From the NCBI GenBank assembly GCA_900550965.1, contig URUC01000001.1, forward strand, positions 1 through 49,791: DNA of 49,791 nucleotides, in the 5' to 3' direction. Origin of the DNA: an uncultured Collinsella sp. (GTDB lineage: Bacteria; Actinomycetota; Coriobacteriia; Coriobacteriales; Coriobacteriaceae). Position 1 is the stretch's first letter. Each line of letters starts with the position of its first letter. Below are positions 27,772-37,566 of this stretch, in pieces. The notes beneath the pieces are model-generated. The model was not told the DNA's origin and searched no databases. It was given only the letters and a program-made list of their open reading frames with translations. Made by a program: the position numbers and the translations under genes.

Positions 27772-29415
27772 ATGCTCAAAACTAAAGCAGAATTTGCAAC
27801 TCTTCGCTTAAACGAAGATCTCAAGCCATATATGAGCCGATATCTATCGGATCTTGTGTCTCATATGGTCGAGAAATATCAGCCTTCGTCGAGAACGAAA
27901 AGGCTCATTGAACTGTGCTGTCGCGATTTTGAGTTTTCGAGCGAGCACGTCGATGGCCCCTCGTGGTCTGTTTTGGGGATTGACCTCAAGCGACCTTCGG
28001 CCGCCTCGTTTGAGTTTGAGGACCGCGTTTACAACGAAGCAACCGACGAATGGGATTATGTGCCCGCTTGCGTTTGCAAAAACCGAGTCAAAGTCCCGAC
28101 GTCGACGTTTACTGCCATCGAAGAGAATATCTTTTTATACGACTACGAGCAGGACGCAGCCTCTCACACGTACGAATCAGCACTCATTTACTGCAGGCCC
28201 CCCGAGCTACGACCGCTATCCCAATTCCCGGCATCTATCGATGCGGCAAATGCGCGAGTCCTGGATTTCCTCAGAACGCGCTCGAAGCAGCTGCAACGCA
28301 GCGCAGGCATCCCCGATCTGCTTTCGGTCACTGAGTGGTACTACATCTTTCTTGCGGCATCCATTGCCTGCTCTCAGTCCCATGCCACGGCCGTCATTCA
28401 GATTTCGGACCGTCTGTTCAATCTGGCGCGAGCCGTAGATGGACGTCGCCTTCTTTGTGACCTCGGCCTGCTAAAGAGCATTGTGCTTCTTCCCAACACC
28501 ATTGCCAAAAAGGCCGAGGGTCGCGCGCTGCTCTTTATTGGCGACGGCGAGCCCAATGATCCGTATTTCCTTTTTGACGGCAGGAGCTTTGACGACAAGC
28601 AAATGACCGATGAGATTCTGCACCAGCTCCTCGATTCCGTCGACCGAGCCTACGGCGATCAAAAGAATCCAGTCTATTGGCATCGGCTCGAGGATCAGGG
28701 CAACGGCATCTATCCCCTATTACCCAATACAAAGAGCGGATCGTTCGACGAGAGAATGTTCATCCCCCTTGGGTCGCTAGCGCCAATCTACCGCGGCACC
28801 GCCCGCAGCGTTGTAACCAAACTGCCCGAATCAGATCCGACAGACAGTTACCAACAGCACGACTGCTACTACCTGTCGCTAAAGCATCTTCATGATGGCG
28901 CAATCATTGCCGCAGAAGATGTACTTGAGCGTGTCCCCGATACAGATATCTACGATGTAAGCCGTGTAGACTACGAAGATTTTCGGAAGGCCAAACCGAT
29001 CGACGCCCGCGAGGCGAGCCTTCTCATATCACGCGTCGGGCCTCCATTCAAGCTTGCCCTCATCACGCCAGGCCACTTTTCTGTCGGTTCTGAGCGCCCC
29101 GTGGAGCGCGGTCTTTTGTTTGAGAGCATTGTCCCCTGCGACGCCATGTTCTGCGCTACCTTTGAGGACGAGCTGCTTGCCCAGTTTGTCCTGGCATACC
29201 TGTCGTCCGATGAGGGGCAGAAGAAACTGGCGGACACCTCGCACGGAGACGCGCTTGTGCAACTTGCCCCAATGGACCTGCGAAGCATGACCGTGCCTGT
29301 TCCCGGGCGAGCGGAGCAGGAGCGCTACGCGCTAGAGTACGAAGCAAAGCAGCGCGCCTACGAGGACGCCCTTAAGCAGGCGGAACATTACGCTGCGAGC
29401 AAGGGAACGATGTAG
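27772..29415 (+). CDS. Degenerate N6-methyltransferase-like domain fused to an HsdS-like target-recognition domain
   Basis: RRLLCDLGLLKSIVLLP is HsdM C-terminal-like; YCRPPE sits where NPPF is expected. PLGSLAPIYRG, LLISRVG, FVLAYLSSDEGQ and DLRSMTVPVPGRAEQ are HsdS-like. ATG 27772 behind AGGAGG. Confidence 0.65.
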   Translation: MLKTKAEFATLRLNEDLKPYMSRYLSDLVSHMVEKYQPSSRTKRLIELCCRDFEFSSEHVDGPSWSVLGIDLKRPSAASFEFEDRVYNEATDEWDYVPACVCKNRVKVPTSTFTAIEENIFLYDYEQDAASHTYESALIYCRPPELRPLSQFPASIDAANARVLDFLRTRSKQLQRSAGIPDLLSVTEWYYIFLAASIACSQSHATAVIQISDRLFNLARAVDGRRLLCDLGLLKSIVLLPNTIAKKAEGRALLFIGDGEPNDPYFLFDGRSFDDKQMTDEILHQLLDSVDRAYGDQKNPVYWHRLEDQGNGIYPLLPNTKSGSFDERMFIPLGSLAPIYRGTARSVVTKLPESDPTDSYQQHDCYYLSLKHLHDGAIIAAEDVLERVPDTDIYDVSRVDYEDFRKAKPIDAREASLLISRVGPPFKLALITPGHFSVGSERPVERGLLFESIVPCDAMFCATFEDELLAQFVLAYLSSDEGQKKLADTSHGDALVQLAPMDLRSMTVPVPGRAEQERYALEYEAKQRAYEDALKQAEHYAASKGTM

Positions 29416-29425
29416 CGACCGAGGC

Positions 29426-29461
29426 CGGCAGACTGTCCGGACTTTTGCCGACAGTCTGCCG
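29426..29461. terminator. Hairpin between convergent genes
   Basis: Perfect 12-bp stem CGGCAGACTGTC / GACAGTCTGCCG. Confidence 0.6.
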
Positions 29462-29487
29462 ATCAGGCACGCCGTTCAGCGCAGCAG

Positions 29488-30105
29488 CTAGAGATCCTCA
29501 ACAGACTTCGAACTGGCTTTGGCCGCCTCTTCGCCCGCGATCAGGTCCCTAACCGTTATATACGCACTGTACGTAGCATCTTCAATCTTTTCCATAACAT
29601 CAGGGTCGCAAGTTCCCCAAATATCTTTGAGAACTCGAGCCAATCCCCAAGCAGCGCTGAGCAGGACGTCAACGTCCTTTAGATCTAAGTGGCTGACCGT
29701 AAAGGGACAGTACTCGCACTCCAACAGATAGGTGTCAACAGCCTCAATTGTCTCAGCCACATACTGCTCAAGATCGGGATGGGGATGGAAGGCGCACAGC
29801 GCCTTGTGCGGATCGGTCGGCTCAATCCAATACAGCGTTGTCGCTTCCTCGCATTTCTCGAGCGGATAACGCTCAGCTGCCTTCTCCCAGCTTTCATACC
29901 AGGGATCGGCATCGCCGTCCGTCATCGACCTGCAAAGATTAATCGCCGCAGAAACAGTCGCACACGAATATCTATAGCTGGCGTCTTTCTTAAACTCATC
30001 ATTGAGCTCGACGTCACCAGACAGCTCCGCCTCCATGATAAGGAACGGACCATCCTCATCCGTAATGCTTATGGGATAGTTGTTGCACTCATAGCCCGGA
30101 TACAT
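29488..30105 (-). CDS. Acidic hypothetical protein
   Basis: ATG 30105 (MYPGYECNN) behind GGAG; the track's upstream extension runs through a relic and repeats. Confidence 0.7.
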   Translation of the reverse strand: MYPGYECNNYPISITDEDGPFLIMEAELSGDVELNDEFKKDASYRYSCATVSAAINLCRSMTDGDADPWYESWEKAAERYPLEKCEEATTLYWIEPTDPHKALCAFHPHPDLEQYVAETIEAVDTYLLECEYCPFTVSHLDLKDVDVLLSAAWGLARVLKDIWGTCDPDVMEKIEDATYSAYITVRDLIAGEEAAKASSKSVEDL

Positions 30106-30133
30106 TTTGTCTCCAATCAATCGTTCGGACACA

Positions 30134-30190
30134 TTAACAAGCAATATCGAAACCGCGCTCACGCGGAGGACCGTCGTCCTCGCACCAACC
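30134..30190 (-). pseudogene. 3'-end relic of a third '-DIAC' small gene
   Basis: Reads GWCEDDGPPRERGFDIAC*, versus EWIEDDSSPRDRGFDIAC* in the 31214 gene. DNA similarity continues past the stop codon (30121-30180 versus 31201-31260). Confidence 0.8.
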
Positions 30191-30265
30191 TGCAAGTTTT
30201 TCTCATCGCATGAAAAGAACTTGCGATTCTTGCAAGTTTTTCTCACGCGGTGACAAGAACTTGCA
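30191..30265. repeat. Two tandem 35-bp imperfect palindromes (40-bp period)
   Basis: TGCAAGTTTTTCTCA-TCGCA-TGAAAAGAACTTGCG and TGCAAGTTTTTCTCA-CGCGG-TGACAAGAACTTGCA. Confidence 0.85.
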
Positions 30266-30276
30266 TGGTCGCCCCG

Positions 30277-31101
30277 CTACCTGCGCCACGAGGCGGCAAG
30301 GATAACGGGAAGCCCGGCGATGCACACCACTAAGGCCACGGCTGCGAACGCAAGCACGATGGCCACGCTCACGACGACATAGGCCACGGTAATGAAGGCC
30401 AGCGCCAGCAGGCAGGCAAGCAGCTCGGCCACGTAGCACAACACCAGGTTCGAGCTCGCGCGCTTCAGCAGAACGTCGGCGAGGCGGACCAGCTCGACGG
30501 CAAAGCCGCTGCCGAAATTGCGTCCGGGGCCCTTGGCAAGGAACCACTTGAACAGGCACATCAGGGCGCAGCCCAGCATCATCATGATGGAAACGGTCCA
30601 TGCATTGTGCCCCGTCTCGACAAGGCTCTGGTCGCCCACCGCGCTGCCGTTGACGAGCCAGGCCGTTCCATAGCCCATGAACAGCATCGCCAGCAGCAGG
30701 CAGGCGCTCACCGCGGCGAGAGAGCGCGACACGCGCCCGCTGAACACCGGAGCCTCGCAGCTGAGCCCAAGGCCCTCGCGAACACGCCAGGCGGCATGGT
30801 AGGCAGGGTAGGCCGCGATGAGCGCGGCCACGAGCAGCGACGCCCAATCGGACCCGGGCACAGCCGACGCGTACTCCGCAATCGCGGAGATGGAGAAGGC
30901 AGCATGGAACGGCTCGTTCAGAAACAGCGCGACCTCGCCCTTCCAGACGCAAAACGGGGCGGCGACGGAGGCGGTGCCGGCAGCGGCAACCGCAGCAACG
31001 GCAACGAGCAGCGCGCCCTGCACGAGTTTGACGACCTCGTCTTTGGCGGTGCGGGACGCAGGCTCAACGGCGCTGGACGAAATTTGAATAGAAGTGTTCA
31101 T
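30277..31101 (-). CDS. Multi-pass membrane protein (module copy A)
   Basis: MNTSIQ..., WKGE, YPAYHA.W, APVFSGR, KGPGR, RASSNLVL; paralog of 33856-34668; GAAAGGA RBS. Confidence 0.8.
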   Translation of the reverse strand: MNTSIQISSSAVEPASRTAKDEVVKLVQGALLVAVAAVAAAGTASVAAPFCVWKGEVALFLNEPFHAAFSISAIAEYASAVPGSDWASLLVAALIAAYPAYHAAWRVREGLGLSCEAPVFSGRVSRSLAAVSACLLLAMLFMGYGTAWLVNGSAVGDQSLVETGHNAWTVSIMMMLGCALMCLFKWFLAKGPGRNFGSGFAVELVRLADVLLKRASSNLVLCYVAELLACLLALAFITVAYVVVSVAIVLAFAAVALVVCIAGLPVILAASWRR

Positions 31102-31213
31102 GTTTTCCTTTCAACAGAAATCAAACCGGAATCGCCGGCAACTAGGATGCAGCCTCTAGTCGGCTCCGATTAGAGATTGTTCGCCCACATTGATACCAAG
31201 TCGTGCGGACACA

Positions 31214-31540
31214 CTAACAAGCGATATCGAAACCGCGATCTCGTGGAGAGCTGTCGTCCTCAATCCATTCGAGCCCGACGCACTCATCGATCCCTGCATC
31301 GGGAACTGACGACCATCTGAACTCGAAACCAAGCTGGTCAAGCTCATCGACTCGCCCACGGATCACTCCGTAAACATCCAACGCATTCTCGAAATCCTCC
31401 GAAGACGCGTAGCCTCGCTCGCACTGCCTGCGCATCTGATGCAAGCGACCCATGGCGGCGGCGATAATCTCGCGAAGAGCGATAACCTCGCGCTCGCATA
31501 CATCAATGTTTCCTTCGTTGAGCTCGATGCGATCGGACAT
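31214..31540 (-). CDS. Small hypothetical protein ending in DIAC (module copy A)
   Basis: ATG 31540 behind GGAGG; ELDQLGFEFRW ... DIAC shared with 34797-35138. Confidence 0.75.
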   Translation of the reverse strand: MSDRIELNEGNIDVCEREVIALREIIAAAMGRLHQMRRQCERGYASSEDFENALDVYGVIRGRVDELDQLGFEFRWSSVPDAGIDECVGLEWIEDDSSPRDRGFDIAC

Positions 31541-31649
31541 AACGGCCTCCCTGGTTTTAACCCTTTTCGCTTGACTCCATTGAACAACCGCAAACAGCCG
31601 CGTAATATGACTTTTATCGCGTTTTAAATTTTGGCTGTTTGGAGCATCA

Positions 31650-33809
31650 ATGCCTAAGTCCGAAAAAGAGGCATTTAGCTGGGGTTTTGAGGCTGGTTTT
31701 CTTCGCTCCCCTGTCAATCCCCGTATGCTACTTCTTAACAGGACGCCGGAGATTGATTGTGCCGGCGACGGAAACACATCCGGCAATGCAAGCGCATGGA
31801 GTCTCGTCTCCATAGCCAACGACCTATTGCGCGTCGACTTAAGCTCGCTTTTCAACGAAATCGGGGGGCACTTTCGTAAGCGAGCAAACCAGCGCTTTTA
31901 TATTGATTTGCAGAACGCCATGCGCCAGTCCTCTGCTGCTCTCCACCATGCGCAACACGCTTCGATAGACTGTGTAGCCGAGCAAGACTATGACGATCGG
32001 CTCGATCCAGACGATCCCGACCAAGAGCCCACCCAAGCAGAATTGAACGAAGCTGAAATCGCTATCAACCTTCAAAAACAAAAGGAACGCGACCTCGATT
32101 TCTTTGCTCCGATATTCGACAAAGCCATTACAAGCCATGCACACGGAGAGATTTCCGGCATGGCCAGATATCTCCTTAAAAATGTCTGTAGACAGTGTGT
32201 CATGAACATCACGGCGATTCCCGACTATCGCTATTACAGCTGCTGGATGAACAACAACGCTATTGAGTGCGACGAGATCAACCGCCTGTACCGCGCGGTG
32301 ATTACAACATCGGACCAACTCAACAAGCAAGAAATGGCGTCCCTCTTCAGCTCCTATCTCCAGCTCGAGTCGAACGACATGAGCATTAACGCTACCAACG
32401 GCGAGACCAATCTAACAGCACCGGTGCCGTATGACCGCGACAATCCTATACGCAACTTTCCCAAGGCGAAATCTCAGATAGAAACAGCTTGCGTCTGCAC
32501 CAATATCGATCTCTTTCGAGCGCTTCTCATTGTTTTTTATCAGGAATGTCTGGAGCTTACCCCGCTGCTTAAAAACACCGAGGCACCTAGCCTGCTCGCG
32601 CAAAACGAAGAGTTTTTCCCAGCCGCCATCAAAACAAGCGACCCGCGACAATTTCGATTATTCGATGAGCAGCTGCCGGCAATCATCCGCTTTGGCGAAG
32701 CTTTTGTATACGCAGCCAAAAAACACTTGCCCGGAAACGAAACGGCCCAAAAGCTCGAAGAGCATTTGAATGGAATAAAGCGCATGAACAGCGCCCCCTT
32801 TATGCAGGCGTTTCGTAAAAACTATCTCGAAGCTATGCGCGAGAACCAGATCTTCGCAAATGGAGACTTCCATACGCATGCAGAGCTTAACGACCAGGAA
32901 AACCTCAATAGGCTCGTTGGGCTTCAAGCCGTTATTTCAAAGGCAGGAGAGCTCTACTTCACCGAAGAGGAATGGTCCTTTGCAAGCCTTTATGCCCGCA
33001 TCCTTCACGAGCTGCTGCTGTGCGGCATTATGCCGATAGCATGCCAAACCTGCGGTTCGCTCTTTTTTCCGACCGGTCCTAACAGCAAGTACTGCGATCG
33101 ATATAACGCGGCGACCAAGCTCTATTGCAACCCGCGCTTTAACGCCAAGAAGCATCTTGGTCGTAAATCGCCCCGCGATGTCGCGCTTAATATACAGAGA
33201 AAGACCGAAACGGCATATGAAAAGGGCCTAACGGATTGTGCCCACTATTTTGAGCGCCTCGGCAGCTTTGTCCTCGATGGTCTTGGCCCAGCATACCAAG
33301 CGAACGACCTCATTTCCGATGAGCTCTATAGGACGTGGCTGTCTATCGTCAACCAGCCCAATTGTAGAGCGAAAATCAAGCGGCCGGATAGGCTCGAGTA
33401 TCCATACCCCGTGCTGTGGTACGGATTTGTCCGCGATGGCAATCGGTATGTACAAGTCGAGTTTCCTGGAGCCGAGTACCCGACGCTTTTTGAATGTTTG
33501 AGCCAGCTCGCCGAAAGCCCACAATCAAAGTGCACACTGGATTACAAGGGGCCAGATGAGCATCCATACAGCTCATGGCATGTAAAACTGCACATGTTGT
33601 TGGAGATCATTGTACAGATAAATAACGCCGACCACGTGGCGAGGCCCATTCCATTGCTTGGAATCGATGGGCCCGAATATGTCTGGACTGACCCGACCGT
33701 CCAAGACACATGGAGCACGCCCGACGCATGCATCTACAGCACCGGAACGATCGATGACCTCAGCTTTACCGTGTATACAAAGGGATATGACCCGGAAAAG
33801 CAAGACTGA
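31650..33809 (+). CDS. Large protein with DUF6076/CGNR-like Cys4 zinc finger (module copy A)
   Basis: CQTCGSLFFPTGPNSKYCDRY......YCNP; LYRTWL and YPYPVLW shared with copy B. Confidence 0.8.
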   Translation: MPKSEKEAFSWGFEAGFLRSPVNPRMLLLNRTPEIDCAGDGNTSGNASAWSLVSIANDLLRVDLSSLFNEIGGHFRKRANQRFYIDLQNAMRQSSAALHHAQHASIDCVAEQDYDDRLDPDDPDQEPTQAELNEAEIAINLQKQKERDLDFFAPIFDKAITSHAHGEISGMARYLLKNVCRQCVMNITAIPDYRYYSCWMNNNAIECDEINRLYRAVITTSDQLNKQEMASLFSSYLQLESNDMSINATNGETNLTAPVPYDRDNPIRNFPKAKSQIETACVCTNIDLFRALLIVFYQECLELTPLLKNTEAPSLLAQNEEFFPAAIKTSDPRQFRLFDEQLPAIIRFGEAFVYAAKKHLPGNETAQKLEEHLNGIKRMNSAPFMQAFRKNYLEAMRENQIFANGDFHTHAELNDQENLNRLVGLQAVISKAGELYFTEEEWSFASLYARILHELLLCGIMPIACQTCGSLFFPTGPNSKYCDRYNAATKLYCNPRFNAKKHLGRKSPRDVALNIQRKTETAYEKGLTDCAHYFERLGSFVLDGLGPAYQANDLISDELYRTWLSIVNQPNCRAKIKRPDRLEYPYPVLWYGFVRDGNRYVQVEFPGAEYPTLFECLSQLAESPQSKCTLDYKGPDEHPYSSWHVKLHMLLEIIVQINNADHVARPIPLLGIDGPEYVWTDPTVQDTWSTPDACIYSTGTIDDLSFTVYTKGYDPEKQD

Positions 33810-33855
33810 GCTTGATGCCGCGGCTTTCTACGTGTCCGCGAACAGATTCACTCTT

Positions 33856-34668
33856 CTAGTCCTTCGAGCTAGCCAAGACACAGCCGATGCAAAGAGGGAT
33901 AAAGATGATGGCGAGCACAATGCCCCAGGCGGTTAATGTAATCGTAATGATGGATGCAATAGCGCTAGCGATGCCATATCCAAAAATCAACGATGCCGCG
34001 CAGGCAAGCATCTCGGCACCATACAGCAACACCATGTTTGAGCTTGCGCGGTCCAGCAAGGCATCCGCGCGGCCGAACCATGCGATAAGGGCTTTGTCGC
34101 CACGATAGCGCCCAGGACCTTTGAGCTCATACCATTTGACAATGCACGCCAGGACGCATCCAGAAACAAGCGCAATCGATGTCACCATGAGGAAAAGGCC
34201 CACGATCATGAGGAGTTTGTCCCCCGTGACCCCGCCGTCGATATAGCACTCAAACCCACGACATACGGCAAGCACGGCCAAAAGCGAACAGGCGCTCAAC
34301 GAGCCAAAGCGGCGCGACATCCGTCCGCAAAACACAGGTGCCTTGCAATTGCACCCAGCACCTGCGCAGAGGCACCAAATGGCATGGTATACAGGATACA
34401 GAGCAACGAGCACGGCCGCGGCCATCGACACCCGGTCAAGCGTCTCCATTCCCGACACAATATCCTCCGCCGTTGGAGCCTCGTAGGGATGATCGAACAG
34501 GTCAGGCGTGAACATAGGAATCTCACCTTTCCAGATGTACGACGGTGCAGTAAAGGAAATGATGCCGTTCACAGCTAACGCCGCGACAGCAATTAGCAAC
34601 GCGCCTTCGGCAATCTTGGTGATGCTCGACTTGTGAGAGACGGACACATTTTGAATAGAAGTATTCAT
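33856..34668 (-). CDS. Multi-pass membrane protein (module copy B)
   Basis: MNTSIQ..., WKGE, YPVYHA.W, APVFCGR, KGPGR, RASSNMVL. Confidence 0.8.
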   Translation of the reverse strand: MNTSIQNVSVSHKSSITKIAEGALLIAVAALAVNGIISFTAPSYIWKGEIPMFTPDLFDHPYEAPTAEDIVSGMETLDRVSMAAAVLVALYPVYHAIWCLCAGAGCNCKAPVFCGRMSRRFGSLSACSLLAVLAVCRGFECYIDGGVTGDKLLMIVGLFLMVTSIALVSGCVLACIVKWYELKGPGRYRGDKALIAWFGRADALLDRASSNMVLLYGAEMLACAASLIFGYGIASAIASIITITLTAWGIVLAIIFIPLCIGCVLASSKD

Positions 34669-34796
34669 GATCTTCCTTTCAGAGAGACCCGATTGGTTGG
34701 TGATTGAGTTTTGGGGTGATTGGCGTAAAGAACGGGACTGCTTAGAAGTCCCGATAAAACAGCAGGTCGGCTTGACCGCCTACGAAGAAAGAAAGA

Positions 34797-35138
34797 CTAA
34801 CAAGCTATATCGAGGTCATTACGACTCGAATACTCGACGCCAACGGCGTCATGCGCTGAGATCCGCGCAAGCGAAACCGAACGGACCGGCGAGACCACCG
34901 GATAGTCCTCAACGCCCCACTCGAGCTCAAAGCCCAGACGAGCAAGCTCGTCACGACAATTGTCGAGCATGAGCTCATAGGCGCTTTGACGGGCACAGTC
35001 TTCAAAGAAGCCGAGCCCGCGCTCCTCAGAAAGGCCCACCTTCAGCTCATCACAGATGGTCATAACTTCGCAAACGATATCTTCAAGCTCATCGCGCTTG
35101 GTGGAATTAACCAGTTCAAACAGGGTGCCGTCGAACAT
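34797..35138 (-). CDS. Small hypothetical protein ending in DIAC (module copy B)
   Basis: ATG 35138 behind AAAGGAGG; ELARLGFELEW ... DLDIAC. Confidence 0.75.
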   Translation of the reverse strand: MFDGTLFELVNSTKRDELEDIVCEVMTICDELKVGLSEERGLGFFEDCARQSAYELMLDNCRDELARLGFELEWGVEDYPVVSPVRSVSLARISAHDAVGVEYSSRNDLDIAC

Positions 35139-35200
35139 TTTCCGTCCTCCTTTGGACTTCTTTCTTGCTCGACTCCTATTGAACACGGCAAAGTGGCACA

Positions 35201-37426
35201 ATGGCACAAAGTATATTTGATTTTGAAAGTTGTGCTGGTTTAAGAAATATGCAAGGTGCCAATTTAATAGCTCTGACCTGGCGTGTTAGGGCTAGCTTCA
35301 TTCGGTTTGACAGAGATACCTCTTTGCATCTCTGTTGCAAACAACTGACAAACGCAAAACCCGATAAGGATCAAGAATGTGAAGGAGCGGAATTCGAACA
35401 GCATTGGTCTGCAAAAGAGCTGTTAAACGAATTCCTAAGAATTGATCTTGAGAAGTTCTTTAACGAAATGTCCTCTTGGTATGCCGAATATCGTAACGCC
35501 CATTCAGTGCCCGTTCCACACCGTATCTTTAATTCGCTACGGCGAATACAGCACATTCTAGAAGCTCAATATCTCGAAGGCTCAGATAATAAAAAAGGTG
35601 CCACGTGTTTTCCTCCGCTTTGTTCGAGAATAATTGACGCAGGCGATGACCTCGACAAATGCCGTATCGAAAAGGCAGATATAACGCATGAGCTCGCGGA
35701 GGCAGTCAAACAAGCGCTTGATTCCGCAATAAGCGGCGGCTATTCGGACGGTATCTACCAGCTCTTCTTCAATGCTTGCTCATTGTGCATCGATTCAGTT
35801 TATCTTGATGAAATACCCGATGCCTATTTGCCCTCGAAGGTTTTCTCTCTTTGGGCAATAGAGTGTGGGAACATCGCGAGAGTTACTATTCCGGCTCTTG
35901 AGTTACTAAGCAGTAACGATGCCGACGATTCCGTTGCACCTAATCTGGCCAGTTACATTGAAATGGTCTTTGACCTAAATAGAAGGCCCGAGCTCGCTCG
36001 CGGAGGCGAGCACTCAATTGTCCACCACCCGCTGGCGCTTAAAACGCCAGAAACTAAAAGGGAGTTTTATAAGACGCACTTCCACGTTCAATTAGTTGAT
36101 AACCAACTAGCCATCGATATCCATGAGTTGGCAGTAGCCGTTCTTGGCGACATCATCATTGATTGTCTTAGCTTATCCAAGAAGATAAACGAACCTTCTT
36201 ATCGGGATGACCTCAGCAGCTACGTTTCATTATTCGCGAAGCTGCTTTCTACCGGAGAATCCATCCTGGATGTCGCTAATCAAATTCGCCGTTTTGGGGA
36301 ACTAACGTCCTCAAAATGCACGAAACATGCAATCGCCGGCCCAATGGTCCAGGACCTCAATAGCCTCAACTCTCTGGCACTCAACCTGATTCAGAACAGG
36401 CTCTACAACAAGGTGGAGTTATCGAGGAACGCCGAAAACACAATCGGCATCATGCGGTTTATCGTAAATGACGGAAAGTACCTTGTTGTCAACATCAACG
36501 ACAGCGACGCAATGCAAGAAGCCCTCCATTTCCAGCACTTGATAGACCGCTCCCACTCATTGATTCATTCTTTTCTTCCGGAATCATTCTCGGTTTTCTA
36601 TGCGCATCTACTATGCGAAGCCCTGCGATCCGGGGCACTTCCGACAAAATGCAGCACATGCAACAAACCCTTTTTCCCAGCTGGCAACAATAGCAAGTAT
36701 TGTTCTAGATACGACAACGAAACGGGCATGTACTGCAATCCCGCAAGTAATACAAAACTCAAGCTTGGTAAAAAGCCGCCCCATGCAACTGCCGTCAATT
36801 TAAGACGCAAAGCAGATACTGTCAGCGGGAAAGACGGGCACAACCCGATGGCTACTAACAAAAAGCGACAGCTATATTTTCAAGAACTAGCCAATGCCGT
36901 TGACCACACCCTTGGACCTTATTATCAACGGTCCCCTCTCGTGCCGAAAGCACTTTACGAAGAGTGGCTCAAGGCAATCAATCGGCCCAAAAACCAACCT
37001 AGCACTCAAACGCCTGAAGCGTGCGGTTATCCTCATCCCGTTATTTGGAACGGTTCGCTAGAGGATGGCAATGTAATCGTCGACATCACGACCCAGTCAG
37101 CACAACTAGGCACCCTTCCAGAGCTCTTGGACAAACTCGCAAAAAAGAATGCGGGTCACTGTCGCAAATCGGATAACGGGTGGTCAATCTCTAAATTCGA
37201 TCTGGTTGCCTCCGTCATCTCATTAGAGCTAGAGGCTGACAAGACCAGAAAGAAGAGCGCGAGAACAATTGAGCATCTCCCCATCCCCGGTTTATCCGGT
37301 TACTGGGATTGCCTATCCGACAGAAATGATCGCTCCTCAGACGCAACGCCATTAACAAAGGAGAGGCAGACGACTACAACGAATCCCCGATTTAATTTAA
37401 ACATGAACCCAGACAGTAGCCGGTAG
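35201..37426 (+). CDS. Large protein with DUF6076/CGNR-like Cys4 zinc finger (module copy B)
   Basis: CSTCNKPFFPAGNNSKYCSRY......YCNP, LGKKPP, LYEEWL, YPHPVIW; start could be slightly downstream. Confidence 0.8.
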   Translation: MAQSIFDFESCAGLRNMQGANLIALTWRVRASFIRFDRDTSLHLCCKQLTNAKPDKDQECEGAEFEQHWSAKELLNEFLRIDLEKFFNEMSSWYAEYRNAHSVPVPHRIFNSLRRIQHILEAQYLEGSDNKKGATCFPPLCSRIIDAGDDLDKCRIEKADITHELAEAVKQALDSAISGGYSDGIYQLFFNACSLCIDSVYLDEIPDAYLPSKVFSLWAIECGNIARVTIPALELLSSNDADDSVAPNLASYIEMVFDLNRRPELARGGEHSIVHHPLALKTPETKREFYKTHFHVQLVDNQLAIDIHELAVAVLGDIIIDCLSLSKKINEPSYRDDLSSYVSLFAKLLSTGESILDVANQIRRFGELTSSKCTKHAIAGPMVQDLNSLNSLALNLIQNRLYNKVELSRNAENTIGIMRFIVNDGKYLVVNINDSDAMQEALHFQHLIDRSHSLIHSFLPESFSVFYAHLLCEALRSGALPTKCSTCNKPFFPAGNNSKYCSRYDNETGMYCNPASNTKLKLGKKPPHATAVNLRRKADTVSGKDGHNPMATNKKRQLYFQELANAVDHTLGPYYQRSPLVPKALYEEWLKAINRPKNQPSTQTPEACGYPHPVIWNGSLEDGNVIVDITTQSAQLGTLPELLDKLAKKNAGHCRKSDNGWSISKFDLVASVISLELEADKTRKKSARTIEHLPIPGLSGYWDCLSDRNDRSSDATPLTKERQTTTTNPRFNLNMNPDSSR

Positions 37427-37566
37427 ACGATCTTTTAGCACAGAGGATAAGGGAATGTGACGCCGGAGCGAACCGCAGGGCACCGCGAGGCAACCAAACT
37501 TACTAGTCCGAGAATCGTAGAAGCTCGTCCATTCCGGAGTTCACCTTGGCCCGTGCCCAATCAAGG

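Noticed and set aside
30191..30265. CRISPR mini-array or integron attC
   Set aside because: Only 5 bp between repeats; no cas or integrase gene; no clear attC core sites.
31541..31855. N-terminal extension of the 31214 ORF to 213 aa
   Set aside because: It overlaps the divergent large gene; the RBS and the paralog length support a start at 31540.
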